Both the position numbers and the translations under genes were made by a program. A stretch of DNA of 64,000 bases from the human T2T-CHM13v2.0 reference genome, Homo sapiens: the NCBI RefSeq assembly GCF_009914755.1, contig NC_060927.1; one strand, 5' to 3'. The notes below the pieces were generated by a model. It saw only the letters and a program-made list of their open reading frames with translations. It made no database searches and was not told the DNA's origin. This document shows positions 46,227 through 64,000 of the stretch, piece by piece (positions within the stretch are counted from its first letter, which is position 1; each line of letters begins with the position of its first letter).

Positions 46227-47098
46227 TCAGCACGAATTATAGCTGCTGCAATGTATTTATTCTCACAAAGCACAAGTGGAGCTTTTTGTCTTCGACTCCT
46301 AGCACTAAGCATCAAAGGGCAAATGCAATTCAGCAGTCTTACATTCATCATTCTGACTGGGGAAGGTGAAGACCCACATTTGCTTGAAACTGATCTCTGG
46401 CTCATTTTCAAGGAATTCTGACAGTGTGTCTTTAGATGGTGCTGTTGCTGTGTTTATCATTATTCTCCGCTAGCCAAAGTGACAAATGTCCAGATGTTTC
46501 CAAATGTTCAAAGTTTAAGAACTTACTTAAAGGAAAATTTTATTTGGCTTTTCTTAGGGTGAAGACCTGGAAAATATGCCCTTGGTTTGTAATTTTAGAA
46601 AAAGATGGCATAATTTTTATTTTCAAAGATAGCTATACCAAACACCTTGTTTGGAAATGCTGATTAAGGTTGAGTTGGACACTTTTAGGGATACTAAAGG
46701 GAAACTGAAGGTATTTAATACGAATTGGATACTTTGTCTTACTACTTCCCAGAAAGGCAATTCCCCCCCATAACCATGTAATTTTCTAAAGACTTGAAGG
46801 AAGGTGGCCAAGCATCACAAACTCAGAAGGAAGAACAAGAAAAGCAATCACTTCTTGTAAGTGACTTGAAACTGTAGTTTTAGAAAATGAAGATAATGAA
46901 GATTAGTCTTTCAAAACAAAATAGAATGGATGAGTTTAGTGTGTGTGTGTGTGTGTGTGCGTGCATGTGTGTGTTTTTTAATGGTAAGAACGTGTGTGTG
47001 TGTGCATGCGTGCGTGTGTGTGTGTGTTCTAATGGTAAGAACCAATCTTTAGTAGAAGTAAGAATGTGAGAAACAGTTCTTCCTTTAGTTTCCTGGCC

Positions 47099-48472
<1,374 letters not shown>

Positions 48473-50400
48473 ATTGAATTTGATATTATATACAGCTTTA
48501 AAATTATGTAGCTAATGTTTATTTACCATAATAGGTATTTAAATAAACACTGAAGTTACCAGATAGTTAGAAAATGATCCTTTTGATGGCAGGTAAAAAT
48601 AAAGGTGTACAAACAAGGGGAAATAGGTCTGGGGTTAAAATCTAAATAAACATTTGCTTATAATAGCTTTATGTTGTCACTGCCTCTCTAACCAAGGCAG
48701 TACTTAAACTACCATGACTGCTAGTCACAAATACTAGCTAGATACAGAGGAAGTTCAAGTTAAAAGACACAGCCCTTTCTCACAAGCAACTTGGAATCTG
48801 GAAAAGATTTTTGGAGAGATGGCAAATTTGTGGTCACTGATGAAAAATATCTTATGCAGGTTTTGAGAAGCTATTTACCAAAGAACCATTGTTGTTCTTG
48901 AGTAAAATTAATTGGATTATGGATGAAGGGGACAAATTTATAGTTTCTATTAACTCCTTACAAGATGGTGCATACAACAATCTCTCTTGCATCGACATCC
49001 GTGTTAAAGTGAATTTCATCAGAAGACACATTTCTTACTAATTTTTAGACATTACTTTTCCTGTGCACATGCAATTCACTCCAACTGGCCAACCATTTGC
49101 TTTCCTCTAGTTAAAAAAATTTTTTTAGAAATAATTTTTAATTATGTAAGACATATACAAATGCGTTTTCAGATAAAACAAAAATCCCATTTCCCCTTCC
49201 CACTACCATCCTGCTATTTTTGTCAGCTTGGTACGCATCCTTCCAGGTACTTTGGTATTGACACATATATTGGAACTTACTGAACTTACAGGTAAGAGGT
49301 GACTGTGTGTTTTGTTGTTGCTTTTTTCCCATTTAAATAAATGGAATTCATATTGTATGCATTGCATTACTGGAAAAAAACTTTACATTGTCCTAGAGAC
49401 CTTTCAGCTTTAGTGCATATATGTGATTGTTTAAATTTGTATTTAGATACCTTAAATTAAAATGAATATTTACATCCTTGGTTACTCAGGTACTCAGTAG
49501 CTACATGTGACTAATCATTACCATATTGGATAGCATAGATAAAGAACATTTCCATAATTGCAGGAATTTCTATTAATGCTGATATATAGCTACTTTATTC
49601 TTTTTATACAGTATTTTATAATATGGATGCACCATAATTTATGTAATCATTTCTCTATTGAAGACATATTTGCTTATTTCTGGTAATTTTCTATCATCAG
49701 CAATGTTCTGTTTGGAAATGTTTCCTTAGACACTGAGAAGCAGAATTCCTATATGAATGAATATGGCCGGTCTAAATTTAAAAAATTATTTCCAGATTGT
49801 CTTCTCAGTGGGTCTCCCAGTTTACATTTTTCACCAGTGGTGTTGGAGAGAATAGTTCCCCCTACCATTGCTGGCACTGGGTACATAAACTGTAAACGTA
49901 TTTGCACGCCGTCAAGTGCAATATTTCATTTTATGGTAGAGCGCTCTGATCACTATTGAGGTCGAACATATCTCTTATATTTACTGGTAATATTTATTCT
50001 TGTTCTAGCCTTTGACAAATTTTCTTTTATTCTATCTCTTTTTTGTATTGATTCTATAGAAGATATTTATGTATTTTTGATATTAAATCTTTGTAATATA
50101 TGTTGCAACTACACCCCCCCTCACTTGTCATTTGTCTTTTGTTTATGGTATCTTTGATTACTTATGGTGCCTTGAAGACGTTTTAAAATTTGAAGTATTC
50201 TACTTAATAATCAGTCTTTTACTTCATGCTTTTGCATTTTATTTTTTCTTTAAGAAGCCTTTTTGTATCCCTAAGTTATATGCCCACTTTTCCTATATCT
50301 TTTTATAATACTTTTGTAAAGGTTTATTTTACCTTACATTTAGATTTCTAATCCATTTCCTTCTCTTGTTTTCAATTTGACAAGCTCTTTTAAGGCCTAG

Positions 50401-50809
<409 letters not shown>

Positions 50810-51254
50810 CACTATTGAAGATACAAATATATCACTCTGTACAAATGCTGCATAACAGGAATGTAATGCAGGCCTCAAATGCAAGTCACATAAGTAATTT
50901 CAAAATTTTGAGTAGCCATATTTAAAAAAGTGAAAAGAAACAGGTGAAATTAATTTTGACTTTTTTTTACTTAATATGTCTAAAATTATTGTCATATCAA
51001 CATGTAATAAGTATAAAATGCTAGTAATGAGAATTTTTTTCCTAGTGTGTTTTTATACTTCAGGACATTTCAAACTGGACTAGTCTCATATCAATTGCTC
51101 AGTAGCCACATGAGGCTAGTGTCTACTCTGTTGAATAGTATACCTCTATACACATGTGTTTATATGTTTATCTTCCCCATTTTACTATCGTCTCCTCAAG
51201 GAGAGAAATAGTTCATTTGTGTTTTTATCCAAGTTTTATTCAAACTCTCAGTGT

Positions 51255-52190
<936 letters not shown>

Positions 52191-52964
52191 GATCATACCT
52201 GGGAATATATTTGAGTTCTTTAGAAAAATGTGCCACCAAATTGCAGAAAATTTATGTGAAGATATTTGGGTCTGGACACTTGGATTTACTTTTATCTCTC
52301 TTTATGAGGTTCCAAAACAATCACATTAGATTTACACGTTTTCTGTAAGCTTTGTCACTGAAAAAACTTGATATTATAAAAATATTTCAATGACTGAGTT
52401 TATTCAACATTGTTGACTACCTTTAGTTACTTTCTAATGTCTTCTGGCTGATTCAGAGATTCTGGGCTTCTCAGACCTTACTTGGAAAGGTCTGATAAGA
52501 CCAAATTTAAAATGCTATGTATGTGATGATTCAGTTCTTTAGAAGGGTTGCCAGTTTGTGGTGTACAGTAAACACTTGGATTACTAAATATTCTAGTGAA
52601 GATTAGCACTTTTCATTTGCATCTTTTTTTTTTCTTCTGAGATTCTCAAATACCTTAAAGATAAGCAGAAATTCATAATCTACATTCATTCTGAAAACTT
52701 TTATATTAATATTCAGCAAGTGATCTTTAAGATTGAGCTAGGAACTTGTGGCCCTGGTGTGTTATTTTCAAATAACTAGAAACTTACATTTTCAAATGAT
52801 GATTTTTATCTTTGAAGCAAGGATTTTGATTTTGTTTTGGTTTTATAGCTTATTTTCAAAGTTAAGAAACGCAAGAAAGGGTGTTAATATATTTCATTCA
52901 GGAAAGGTCCTGGTTGGTAAAATATGTAAAAGTACAAACTTCTGAATTCACCATCATTTCCTGA

Positions 52965-53240
<276 letters not shown>

Positions 53241-53626
53241 TAAGAACAGGCATTTGTTTTACAAGCCTTATGTCAAAAATAAGCTTCAGCCTGGATTAGA
53301 GAGTGTCACTAGCACATAGTAAGTATTGAATAACTATTTGTTGAGAGAATGAATGAATGTCACCTGTCAGTGAGGTATAATATTGCATCCTAACATTCTA
53401 AAATATGGTTTCTAATAAGAAATTCCCAGTCCTGGAATTTGGTGGGTAGCATTCTCTGTGAATGAGAAAAACAGATTCAGTTTCTGGAAGGCCTCCATTT
53501 ATGACAGCAGAAAGGAAATCCTGGAGTTTATAAAAACCTGCAAACAGTCCTGATTCTACAGCACATAGTGGGCTAGGAGCTTGGCTGTCATCTTTGCAGT
53601 TCCTTCCTTTCTCCGTTCCTCCCTTC

Positions 53627-54066
<440 letters not shown>

Positions 54067-54938
54067 ATAAGTCTTAAAATAAGTTTTCAGCTCAGCTTTT
54101 TGAGGACTATTCTTTGACTGCATATTATTTTTAATAGTGATTTATAATTCCTAAACATTTTCATTTACTTTTCTGACTATAAAAGTAATGTGTAATCATT
54201 GTAGAAAATGTAATAAAGCAAAAGAAGGAAAGAAAAATGGCTTGTAATTCTGTCACCCCAAGAAATTTACTGTTAATGCTTTGATTTTTTTATTTTAAAA
54301 TTTTTTCTGTTATTTTTCCTCTCAGCTCATACCTATGCTGTTAATGCTTTGACATAAATCTTTTTAGTATTTTTTCTGTGTGTATATAAACATAAAAGTT
54401 GGTTCATACTGTGTATATAATAATTTTGGTGGTTTCCTAGGATTTTGTTGTAGAAATAGAAAATATTTAACCAATACATTTTTGACTATTTAGGTGTTTC
54501 TTGTAGGTAATGTGCATGTGTATGGGTGTGTGTTTGTGTACATGTTTTGCCCTCATTGATGGTAATTTGCTTAGAATAAATCAAGGTTTTTGTAATGTGT
54601 TGCTAAATATTTTAAAAATTTCCATTTTTGTCAGCAGTGTATAAGGGGGTCAGGAAAGGAGTTGGTAACTGAAAAAAAATTTACCACTTTTCCAGATAAT
54701 AAATTGTGTATGTTTGAATTTATTTATGTGAAGTTTGATTTATTTTTCCATGTTTATCAATTCTTTGTATTTGTTCCTTTTTTGGATTGCTAATTCATTT
54801 TCTTTTGTCCCTTTTTCTATAAAAATGTTTAGTTGTACATTGATTTGTGAGAACTATTAGTATATAACTATATTAACCTTGGATAATATTTGTTTCAACA
54901 TTGCTTATGGCTTTTTCTTTAAATCTTCAGAATGTTAA

Positions 54939-55304
<366 letters not shown>

Positions 55305-56289
55305 AGACTTCTTTTTTTTTAAAAATGTGTTCTTATGTAATTAGAAAGCTTTTTGTGCTCTGAAGACAGATAAATAATCTCCTATTTATTATCTTCTCAT
55401 TGTTTGAGATGCATTTTAACTTTTATGGTAAAACTCACTGAGAACTTAATTGGATTGTTTCACTGAGGTCTTGAGCATCAGCTTTCCTCAGCTGTAACTG
55501 TAGTGCAAAGCATAAGATCTCAGCTATGGTTCTTAAATGACTTGTCTGTAGTCCTCTTTGAGGATGATGGCAATAATTACTTGGAAAATAAGTTTTTGTT
55601 GAAAGATGAGGCAGTGAACTGCTGGCGATGGTGCTGAAGTTCAAGAAATTTTCTGCAAATAACTGAAATAGATACTTAAGGCAAATTATGTTTATATTAT
55701 AAATATATTATTTATAATTTTGAATATATACTCTGAAGCAGTCTGTTATTATGGCTTAAAGTGTGTAAATGAGTATATTCCAAAGCATTAATGTCATTGA
55801 AACAACCACACATTGTGACTGTCTGGAATTTTTTTGCCTGCAAAGAAAGGATTTCATTTCCTCAGAAACATTAAGTTTCTAATCACTTTATTTTTTTGAC
55901 CATCTTTTCTTTGATAATTTAGATCAATGTTAGTTATTGATTTGCTGAGAATCCTGGGGACCCCCTCACCACTTTTGGAGAAATTTGCAACGGTCATATT
56001 TAATTATGTAATTCAGTACAAAATTAAACCTAATTTTTACTTAACACCTGTTTCTGTTTTAAACTTTTTAATATTTCTTGCATTTTATTAGGGCCATTTA
56101 AAAAATGTTGTCTTGCTTCCTATTTACACAGTTAGATTTCTGGTGTTTTTGAACTTCATGGGTGGTTTTAAGCTAATCCTCTTCAGAATAGTACAATGAG
56201 AACTTCAAAGAAGCTTGTCTTGATTCCTCACACAGTGCCTGGAACATAGTTAGCACTCAGTAGATATTTGGTGTATGGTGTTCATATGA

Positions 56290-56550
<261 letters not shown>

Positions 56551-56585
56551 TAGCAAACTCTCGGTTTGCTGTGGGTTATCTAGAT

Positions 56586-56881
56586 TTCTTCTCTCTCTCT
56601 TTTTTGACACAGAGTCTCTCTGTCACCTAGACTGGAGTGCAGTGGCACTATCTCACTGTAACCTCTGCCTCCTGGGCCCAAGCAATCCTCGTACCTCAGC
56701 CTCCCGAGTAGCTAAGATTACAGGTGTGTGCTACCATGCCCAGCCAATTTTTCTTATTTTTAGTGGAGACAGCGTTTCACCATGTTGGCCAGGCTGGTCT
56801 CGAACTCCTGACCTCAAGTGATCCACCTGCCTCGGCCTCCCAAATTGTTGGGATTACAGGTGTGAGCCATCGCTCCTGGCC
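56586..56881 (-). mobile_element. Alu
   Basis: Antisense Alu about 130 nt after exon 13. Confidence 0.93.
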
Positions 56882-59379
56882 ATAGATTTCTTTAAAGGTA
56901 TCCTTGATCTGTTTCCTTTCTCGGTTACCATTTCTACAAGAGTCATTACTTTTTAAATTTGTGTAAAATACAAAATATGTAAAATATGGTGACATATTTT
57001 AACTTCACCTTCAAGCCATTTTGCATTGTGGCCTCAATTATTGTTCCCACTCTTATCTCTTTACTTTCATCTCCAAATACTCCAAGTGCATCTATTTACT
57101 ATTCTCCAAAGTGTCTTTGTCCATTAGCCACCCCGTTCACTCAGCACACACATAAATCAAACCGTTTCAGGGTGTGTTCCAGTTCCTCTTCTGAACTTCT
57201 CTAGCACCAGTTTGATCCACCTATTTGAATTTCAGTTATTCATCTTACATAGACATTTACCTTACTGTATATTAATCTCTGCTTTTACTTGGCAAGTTCT
57301 GAAGGCTTATCCTTCTAGGTATTAAGTGATTTGTTATCTGGTATTGAGGTGACTTTTTTTATGCATATGAATGAAAAGAGAAGCAGTAAAAGGGAAAGGT
57401 TGACAGAGTTGAATACATAATAATTTCAAATTTTCTAAGGCAGAAAAAAAAACACTCATGATGAAAAGAACAGAACTGGGGAGTACACAAAGGCCATTTA
57501 TTGAAAGAAAGAACTTTGTGTGTTAAGTCCAGGATCACCTCCTGGCTGCTCCCAGTTGGGTGGAGTTTGCAGCTGTGTCATCCCACGTCAGTTCCACTTG
57601 ATACTTCTGTTATTCGTTTAGTGCACTTTTCTCTAACAAATAGCTTAGGAGGACATCTGTCTTATACCCATCTTTGTTTTCTGGTTTCTACTAACCTCCT
57701 TAATCCCAGTTCTTAGTTTTTTGTTAGGCATCATCTACCTAACAGCCCTAAAGCTTTTTACACAGTGTCTGGTGCATAGTAGTTACTCATTAAGTATTTT
57801 TCTTTTACTTAAAGTGGCTCAGTCTTGTTCTTGTGTTTCCTGGGGAAGTGAGCAAAGGCTTTTTTTTTTTTTTTGGAAAATACAAACAACTTTTGTTGCT
57901 TTTTGTTCAAAGATGTCAGCCTAAGAGAGAATTCCAAGTAGGCACTTGGAAGAGTTAATAAAGCACAGCGGGCTCCTCTCTCTCCCTGTCTCTCTGAAGA
58001 GCTGGCTTTCCTCATTGTTCTCTCTGGAGCTTAATGAGCAGGTCTGGATTCAGCAGCACATCGTTCCGCATTAGAGGCTGCTGGCCAACTAAAGCCATCA
58101 CCCCGCTGTCAGCTGCTCTTTCCTCATTCCTCCTCCCAGCAGCACTAATTCATCCCCACGGTGTTAGCTGAGAGCAGGATTCCCTTGGCAGAGTCTGCAA
58201 ATTCACATTGTACATGATCTGTTGGCCCTTCAAACCTACAGGGGAACGCCAGAAGCGCAGAGCTATTTTAGATGGCTAACAAAGCAGTCAACTTTTTAGA
58301 AGCCAAGGCTCCCTCCCCATTCTTTTTTCTCCTCTCCTCCCCCTCTGCCTCCAGCCTTCCCTCACACATTCCGTTGAATGGGTGATGGAGGTTTGGAGAT
58401 CTTAACCTAGTTTTTAAAAAAGCTATCTGAAGTCACTTCAATAAAAATATATTTGGATTCATGTAGTATTTTTTTCCACAGAATTCAGTTGATTTTTTAT
58501 AAGTATTATTTGTTCCAGCTGTGAAAAACCCCTCAAGGAAGGTAGGGATTCATGGTGGCAGCAAAGAAACAGTGAATATTCTGAGGCATTTCCTAGCCCC
58601 TAAAAGTATACAGGAGCAGAATAAGTTGTAGTTGTCATTAGTAGAGAGAGAGAGAGAAAACTAGTATAGTTGGACAGGTGGACCAAGAGTGGAGAGTTAA
58701 GTGCTACTTTGTGAGTGTTGACTCCAAGGGAAAGGTAGGATCTGTAGGGGCCTCATGTCACCTGACAGGGCTTTGTGGGACATTTGTTTTGAACTGGGCA
58801 GCCTGGTGATGAAATCTGCATTAGCAGAGGCTCAGAGTCCAATGGAAACAGATTTGTGGGCACATGAACAGGTAGGACCATTGTTATGTCGGTGATGAAG
58901 GCACTATTTGAGAAAGCGCGAATAGGCTATGAGCAAGCATAATTGGGTATCTATGTGCCTGTGCGTGTGTGTGTGTGTACGTACATATACCTATGTACAT
59001 GTATGTGTGGATAGGCTGGGTGGTGGGTGGGGGGATAAGTTCTTAAATCTTAATCTACATGTGACAATACAAGGAATTGGGGTTGGAGAAGCCAAAGTAA
59101 GGATGGGGAGACTCAATGCAATTTTTTTATAAGGAGACATGCAAAGACTGGGTGATGTATTGGAGATGGGGAACTACTCCACTGAAATTTTCTGCTTTGG
59201 GAGACCCTAAAACTGACAGCAGTAGATCATAGGACTGAGCTGTGGACTTCAGGAGAAGAAGATGAGGACATACTTTCATTTGGAAGGCATTGATTTTATC
59301 GTCATGGTAGGGAGTTGAAGATATTTTCTAGGGAGGTGAAGTTAATACACTAGAACACAATGAAAATATCTCCTTTCTG

Positions 59380-60113
59380 AGATGCAAGTCAAAACCACAA
59401 TGTGATACCATCTCACACCAGTCAGAATGGCTATAATTAAGAAGTTAAAAAAATAACAGATGTTGGCAAAGCTGTGGAGAAAAGGGAATGCTTATACACT
59501 CTTGGTGGGAATGCAAATTAGTTCAGCCCCTGTGGAAAGCCGTTTGGAGATTTCTCAAAGAATTAAAAATAGAATTACCATTCCACACAGCAATCCTATT
59601 ACTGAGCATATACCCGAAGGAAAATAAATTGTTCTTACAAAAAGATACATGTGCTTTTATGTTCATTGCAGCGCTATTCACAATAACAAAGACATGAAAT
59701 CAGTTCAGGTGCCCATCAAAGGTAGATTGGATAAAGAAAATGTAGTACATATACACCATGGAATATTATGCAGCCATAAAAAAGAACAAAATCATGTCCT
59801 TTGCAACAGTGTGGGTTTAGCTGGGGCCATTATCCTAAGCAGATTAACACAGGAACAGAAAACAAAATACTGCATGTTTTCTGTTATAAGTGGGAGCTGA
59901 ACATTGGGGATATATGCTCACAAAGATGGGAACAGTAGACACTGGAGTTTCCAAAAGAGGCAAGAGAGGGAGAGGAGTAAGGGTTGAAAAACTACCTGTC
60001 AGGTACTGTGCTCACTACTTGGGCAGTGAGATCATTAGAAGCCCAAACCTCAGCATCACACAGTATACCCATAATACCCCCTGTATCTAAAATGAAAACA
60101 ATAAATTAAAAAA
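59380..60113 (+). mobile_element. 5'-truncated L1 (L1PB/L1MA-type), ORF2 C-terminus plus 3' UTR
   Basis: Peptide [29 protein letters not shown]...MFIAALFTITK; L1 3' UTR ending aataaattaaaaaa. Confidence 0.93.
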
Positions 60114-60318
60114 GATCTCTTCTCCATACTGATTACTAGAGGTACAGAGAGCTTAGGACGCCTCCCATTCCCATTAACAGTCACTTCTCAGGAGCCCACA
60201 ATCTTTAAGGTGCTACATGAGGTGAGTGGAAGCCATCTGTAGGTCATTGCATTTGAGAGTCCCTTGGTGAAGAGAAGGAAACTTTTCAAATTGAAACAGT
60301 CTTCAGCATATTCTCTGA

Positions 60319-60650
<332 letters not shown>

Positions 60651-60742
60651 AGGTTTCTTTTTTCTTTTTTTTTTTTTTAAGATTTGGACTTATAATAAAT
60701 AAATGGACTTAAAATAAATAAATGGAAAGCACCCATCTAGAT

Positions 60743-61381
<639 letters not shown>

Positions 61382-62376
61382 ATCTAGATTTACTAGGAAT
61401 ATACTTTTACTAGTCCCATTCATTTTATGAAGTTATTTGTTTAACTGTTAGGATTACATATTCATGCTGCAGTATTTACCAGCTATATGTTTGAAATCAA
61501 TCAGGAAGTAGATTTTTTTGTTTTCCTTTGTGAATGCAATTAGTGATTTCTATTGTTTTGTTTCGTTTTTCCAAAATTTCGTTATGATATGTTTAATTTC
61601 CGGATGGGATTTTTTTAGTTTTTTTTTTTTTTTTTTTTTTATTAAAGGGATAACCTCACTGTCTTGGAAGTAGTTACCTCAGCATATTAATAATTATTTT
61701 ACAAAACAAACAAAACATCTCTCAAAATTTCTCAGTCAGTGTGATGGCTCATGTCATGGTTGTGTTGCTTTAATAGATGATACTTTAAATTGCATTATTC
61801 TTTTCTTTCTTCTCATGACAGCCTACTATTATAGAGCTGCTTTTTTGATGCAGCCAGAATAGGTTGGAGGTCCAGCCTTGAAAAATTTAAATAGTAAAGC
61901 TTTAACTACTGTAGGCTTTTGGGACTTTCTGGGGCCCGTTTACCTGCTTCTCTAGTCCGAAGGGAACAGTTCCTAGTTATGGGAAGTGAAGAGGTTCTGT
62001 CACTTGACTGAGTAGTGAATGCTCAGGGCTGCTTTCCTGTAATTCTGGCAGAGCCTCCTCAGAGAAGCAGGGCAAAATAATTGGCTCTTATGCTACAGAT
62101 GACAAGTGGGCCCTAGGGGCTGTGTGTTTTCTCAATATTGGCTTTTCTGGATGTCAGGGACAAGTAACTCAAAGATGTTTTTGTGAATGTCACTAAATAG
62201 ACATGGTATAATATAATCTGTTCATTTCTTACTTGTTAAATAGCATTCACCCCTTTCTCCCATCTTATTTCATAAAAAAGACTGTTTTGTTAGGAAAACA
62301 TTTCATTAGGTTGACTGACTTGAACTGTATCCATAGACTTCTTTCCCTAAACACATTTCCTTCCTGTGCTTTACAG

Positions 62377-62491
62377 ATAATTAAAAAACTGATTGAAAGA
62401 AAACAGGCACAAATTCGAAAAGTTTACCCTGGACTTTCATGTTTTAAAGATGGAGTTCGACAGATTCCTATAGAAAGCATTCCTGGAATTA
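62377..62491 (+). CDS. KAT2B: KAT2B exon 14: IIKKLIERKQAQIRKVYPGLSCFKDGVRQIPIESIPGI(R)
   Basis: tttacag|ATAATT ... GAATTA|gtacgt; 115 nt. Confidence 0.95.
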
Positions 62492-64000
62492 GTACGTATA
62501 GACCTTCTTTTAAAAGCGAAATTTTTTAGTAATGCCGTGGTTTGTGTTTGAAACAATTTCCAGAATGCAGTAACTTCGAAAGCTTTATTGCCCTGCCCGT
62601 CTCTGTGTTATCTCTAGTCTTTTAAGAAGGCAGCAAATGTTATCCTTTTATGTCTTCCCTACCACCCAATACAAACAAACCAAAGGGAGCTTAGATGCCC
62701 CCTTGTAATAGCTGTTAATATCCACCACTTATTAAGAGTCTGCCATTTGTAGCACAGTGCGAATTATTACACATATGCAACCTTGAAAGCAGGGAATCCT
62801 ATTTTATAAATGGGGAAATCGAGTTCCAAAGCAGTTAGATCATTTACTGTTAAAGGGCACATAGCCAGTAACGGTCAGAATTAGAAGCAGCCCAGTTCTG
62901 ATGGCCGAACACCTTACTGTTTGCACCATGTCTCATTGCCACCATGGTTGCAGCCTCCAAGATCTGTGCTTGACTAGTCTCCCCAAACTTCTAAAAAATA
63001 CTATTTGTTATGTGTGGTGGAAATCATATACCTTGTTTCATATTCCCTATTTTACAGTAGTTTTCCTAAGGGTTCTTGTCTGTATGTTAGAGTTGAGTTG
63101 TGTTGGGTTAAACCATACCAAATAGTTGTTTTTATAGGTCAAAAGCCATTGAATATCATTTGGCAATTTTGTTCAGTTCAAATCCAGGTTCTTTTTAGTA
63201 TATTTAAGCTTTAATAAACAAAATCAAACAAGCAAAAATTTTCCAGAAAAAATAAGATGTTATTTGGACAAGATATATCACTTTATTACATGTGCCCTCT
63301 GGCAGATCTTACTTTTATGCTAAATCCAGAAATTCTACTTCCATGTATTATCTCTATTAATGACATAATAGCAACCATATCATTGAATGCCTACTTGTGC
63401 CACGCATTTATCTGTTTTTGTTTTTTTTTTTGTACATTAACTACTCTCAACAGGGATAAAACCACCTAATTTTTAGGGTTCTGTTTTATAGATTGATAAA
63501 CTGAGAGGCAACTTACTCTTATTTAGGGTGAGTTACCTTTTAAGGAAAGAACAGGAAATCACATCCAGATCTGTCAGACTCCAGGCTGTTTTCTATCTGC
63601 TACACTAAACTTTCTTGCATTACAAGCAGGGCCTTAGCCAAATAGAACAGAGACCAGGACAGAGTTTGTTCTGACCTAAAATAACAGCTTAACTCTTTTA
63701 CAGGGTGATCAGCCCAAAATTTGACTTTCAGTTTAAAAAATACACAGGCCCACAGTACTGTACATATTTATTTTTTATGCTCTCCACTGAAAGGTTGGTG
63801 TTCCTGCTTTAAAACACTAACATATGGGGCAGCGTTGTTAGTCTTGGAAATGTTTTATATTGTTAGTGGTATAAGGAAGTAACTAATTGCCATTAATTTC
63901 AGTCGTCTCTCAGAAGTAGACTTTTATTGTCATGCCTATAATTTCTTGTTTTTGATAAGTATTAACTATGTTATTCTCTTGACCAAAAGCACTTCTCATT

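Overview
Primate (almost certainly human) genomic DNA from the interior of KAT2B (PCAF, GNAT-family lysine acetyltransferase), on the + strand. Twelve coding exons splice through GT-AG introns into one open frame of 1689 nt. By my recollection of the 832-aa protein these are exons 3-14 (about residues 144-707): most of the PCAF N-terminal homology domain, the Ser-rich linker and NLS, the whole HAT domain and the linker before the bromodomain. The rest is intron, containing about 40 Alus, a fragmented antisense L1, MaLR LTRs, MIR/L2, a CR1/L3 fossil, hAT and Tc1/mariner MITEs, microsatellites and the Alu-derived miR-3135a hairpin. Almost all ORF-track entries outside exons are repeat-derived or chance. 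I see no demonstrably new gene or system. The best unexplained signals are: (i) in-frame alternative splice sites on both sides of intron 11 that would disrupt the acetyl-CoA motif QVK|GYG; (ii) an unopposed inverted Alu pair around the symmetric exon 8; (iii) an AT-rich fold-back rearrangement in intron 7; (iv) candidate recursive or poison splice sites; (v) a cluster of UG repeats and cryptic donors in intron 11. All are hypotheses needing RNA-seq or conservation tests. Repeat family names and boundaries were judged by eye and are approximate.
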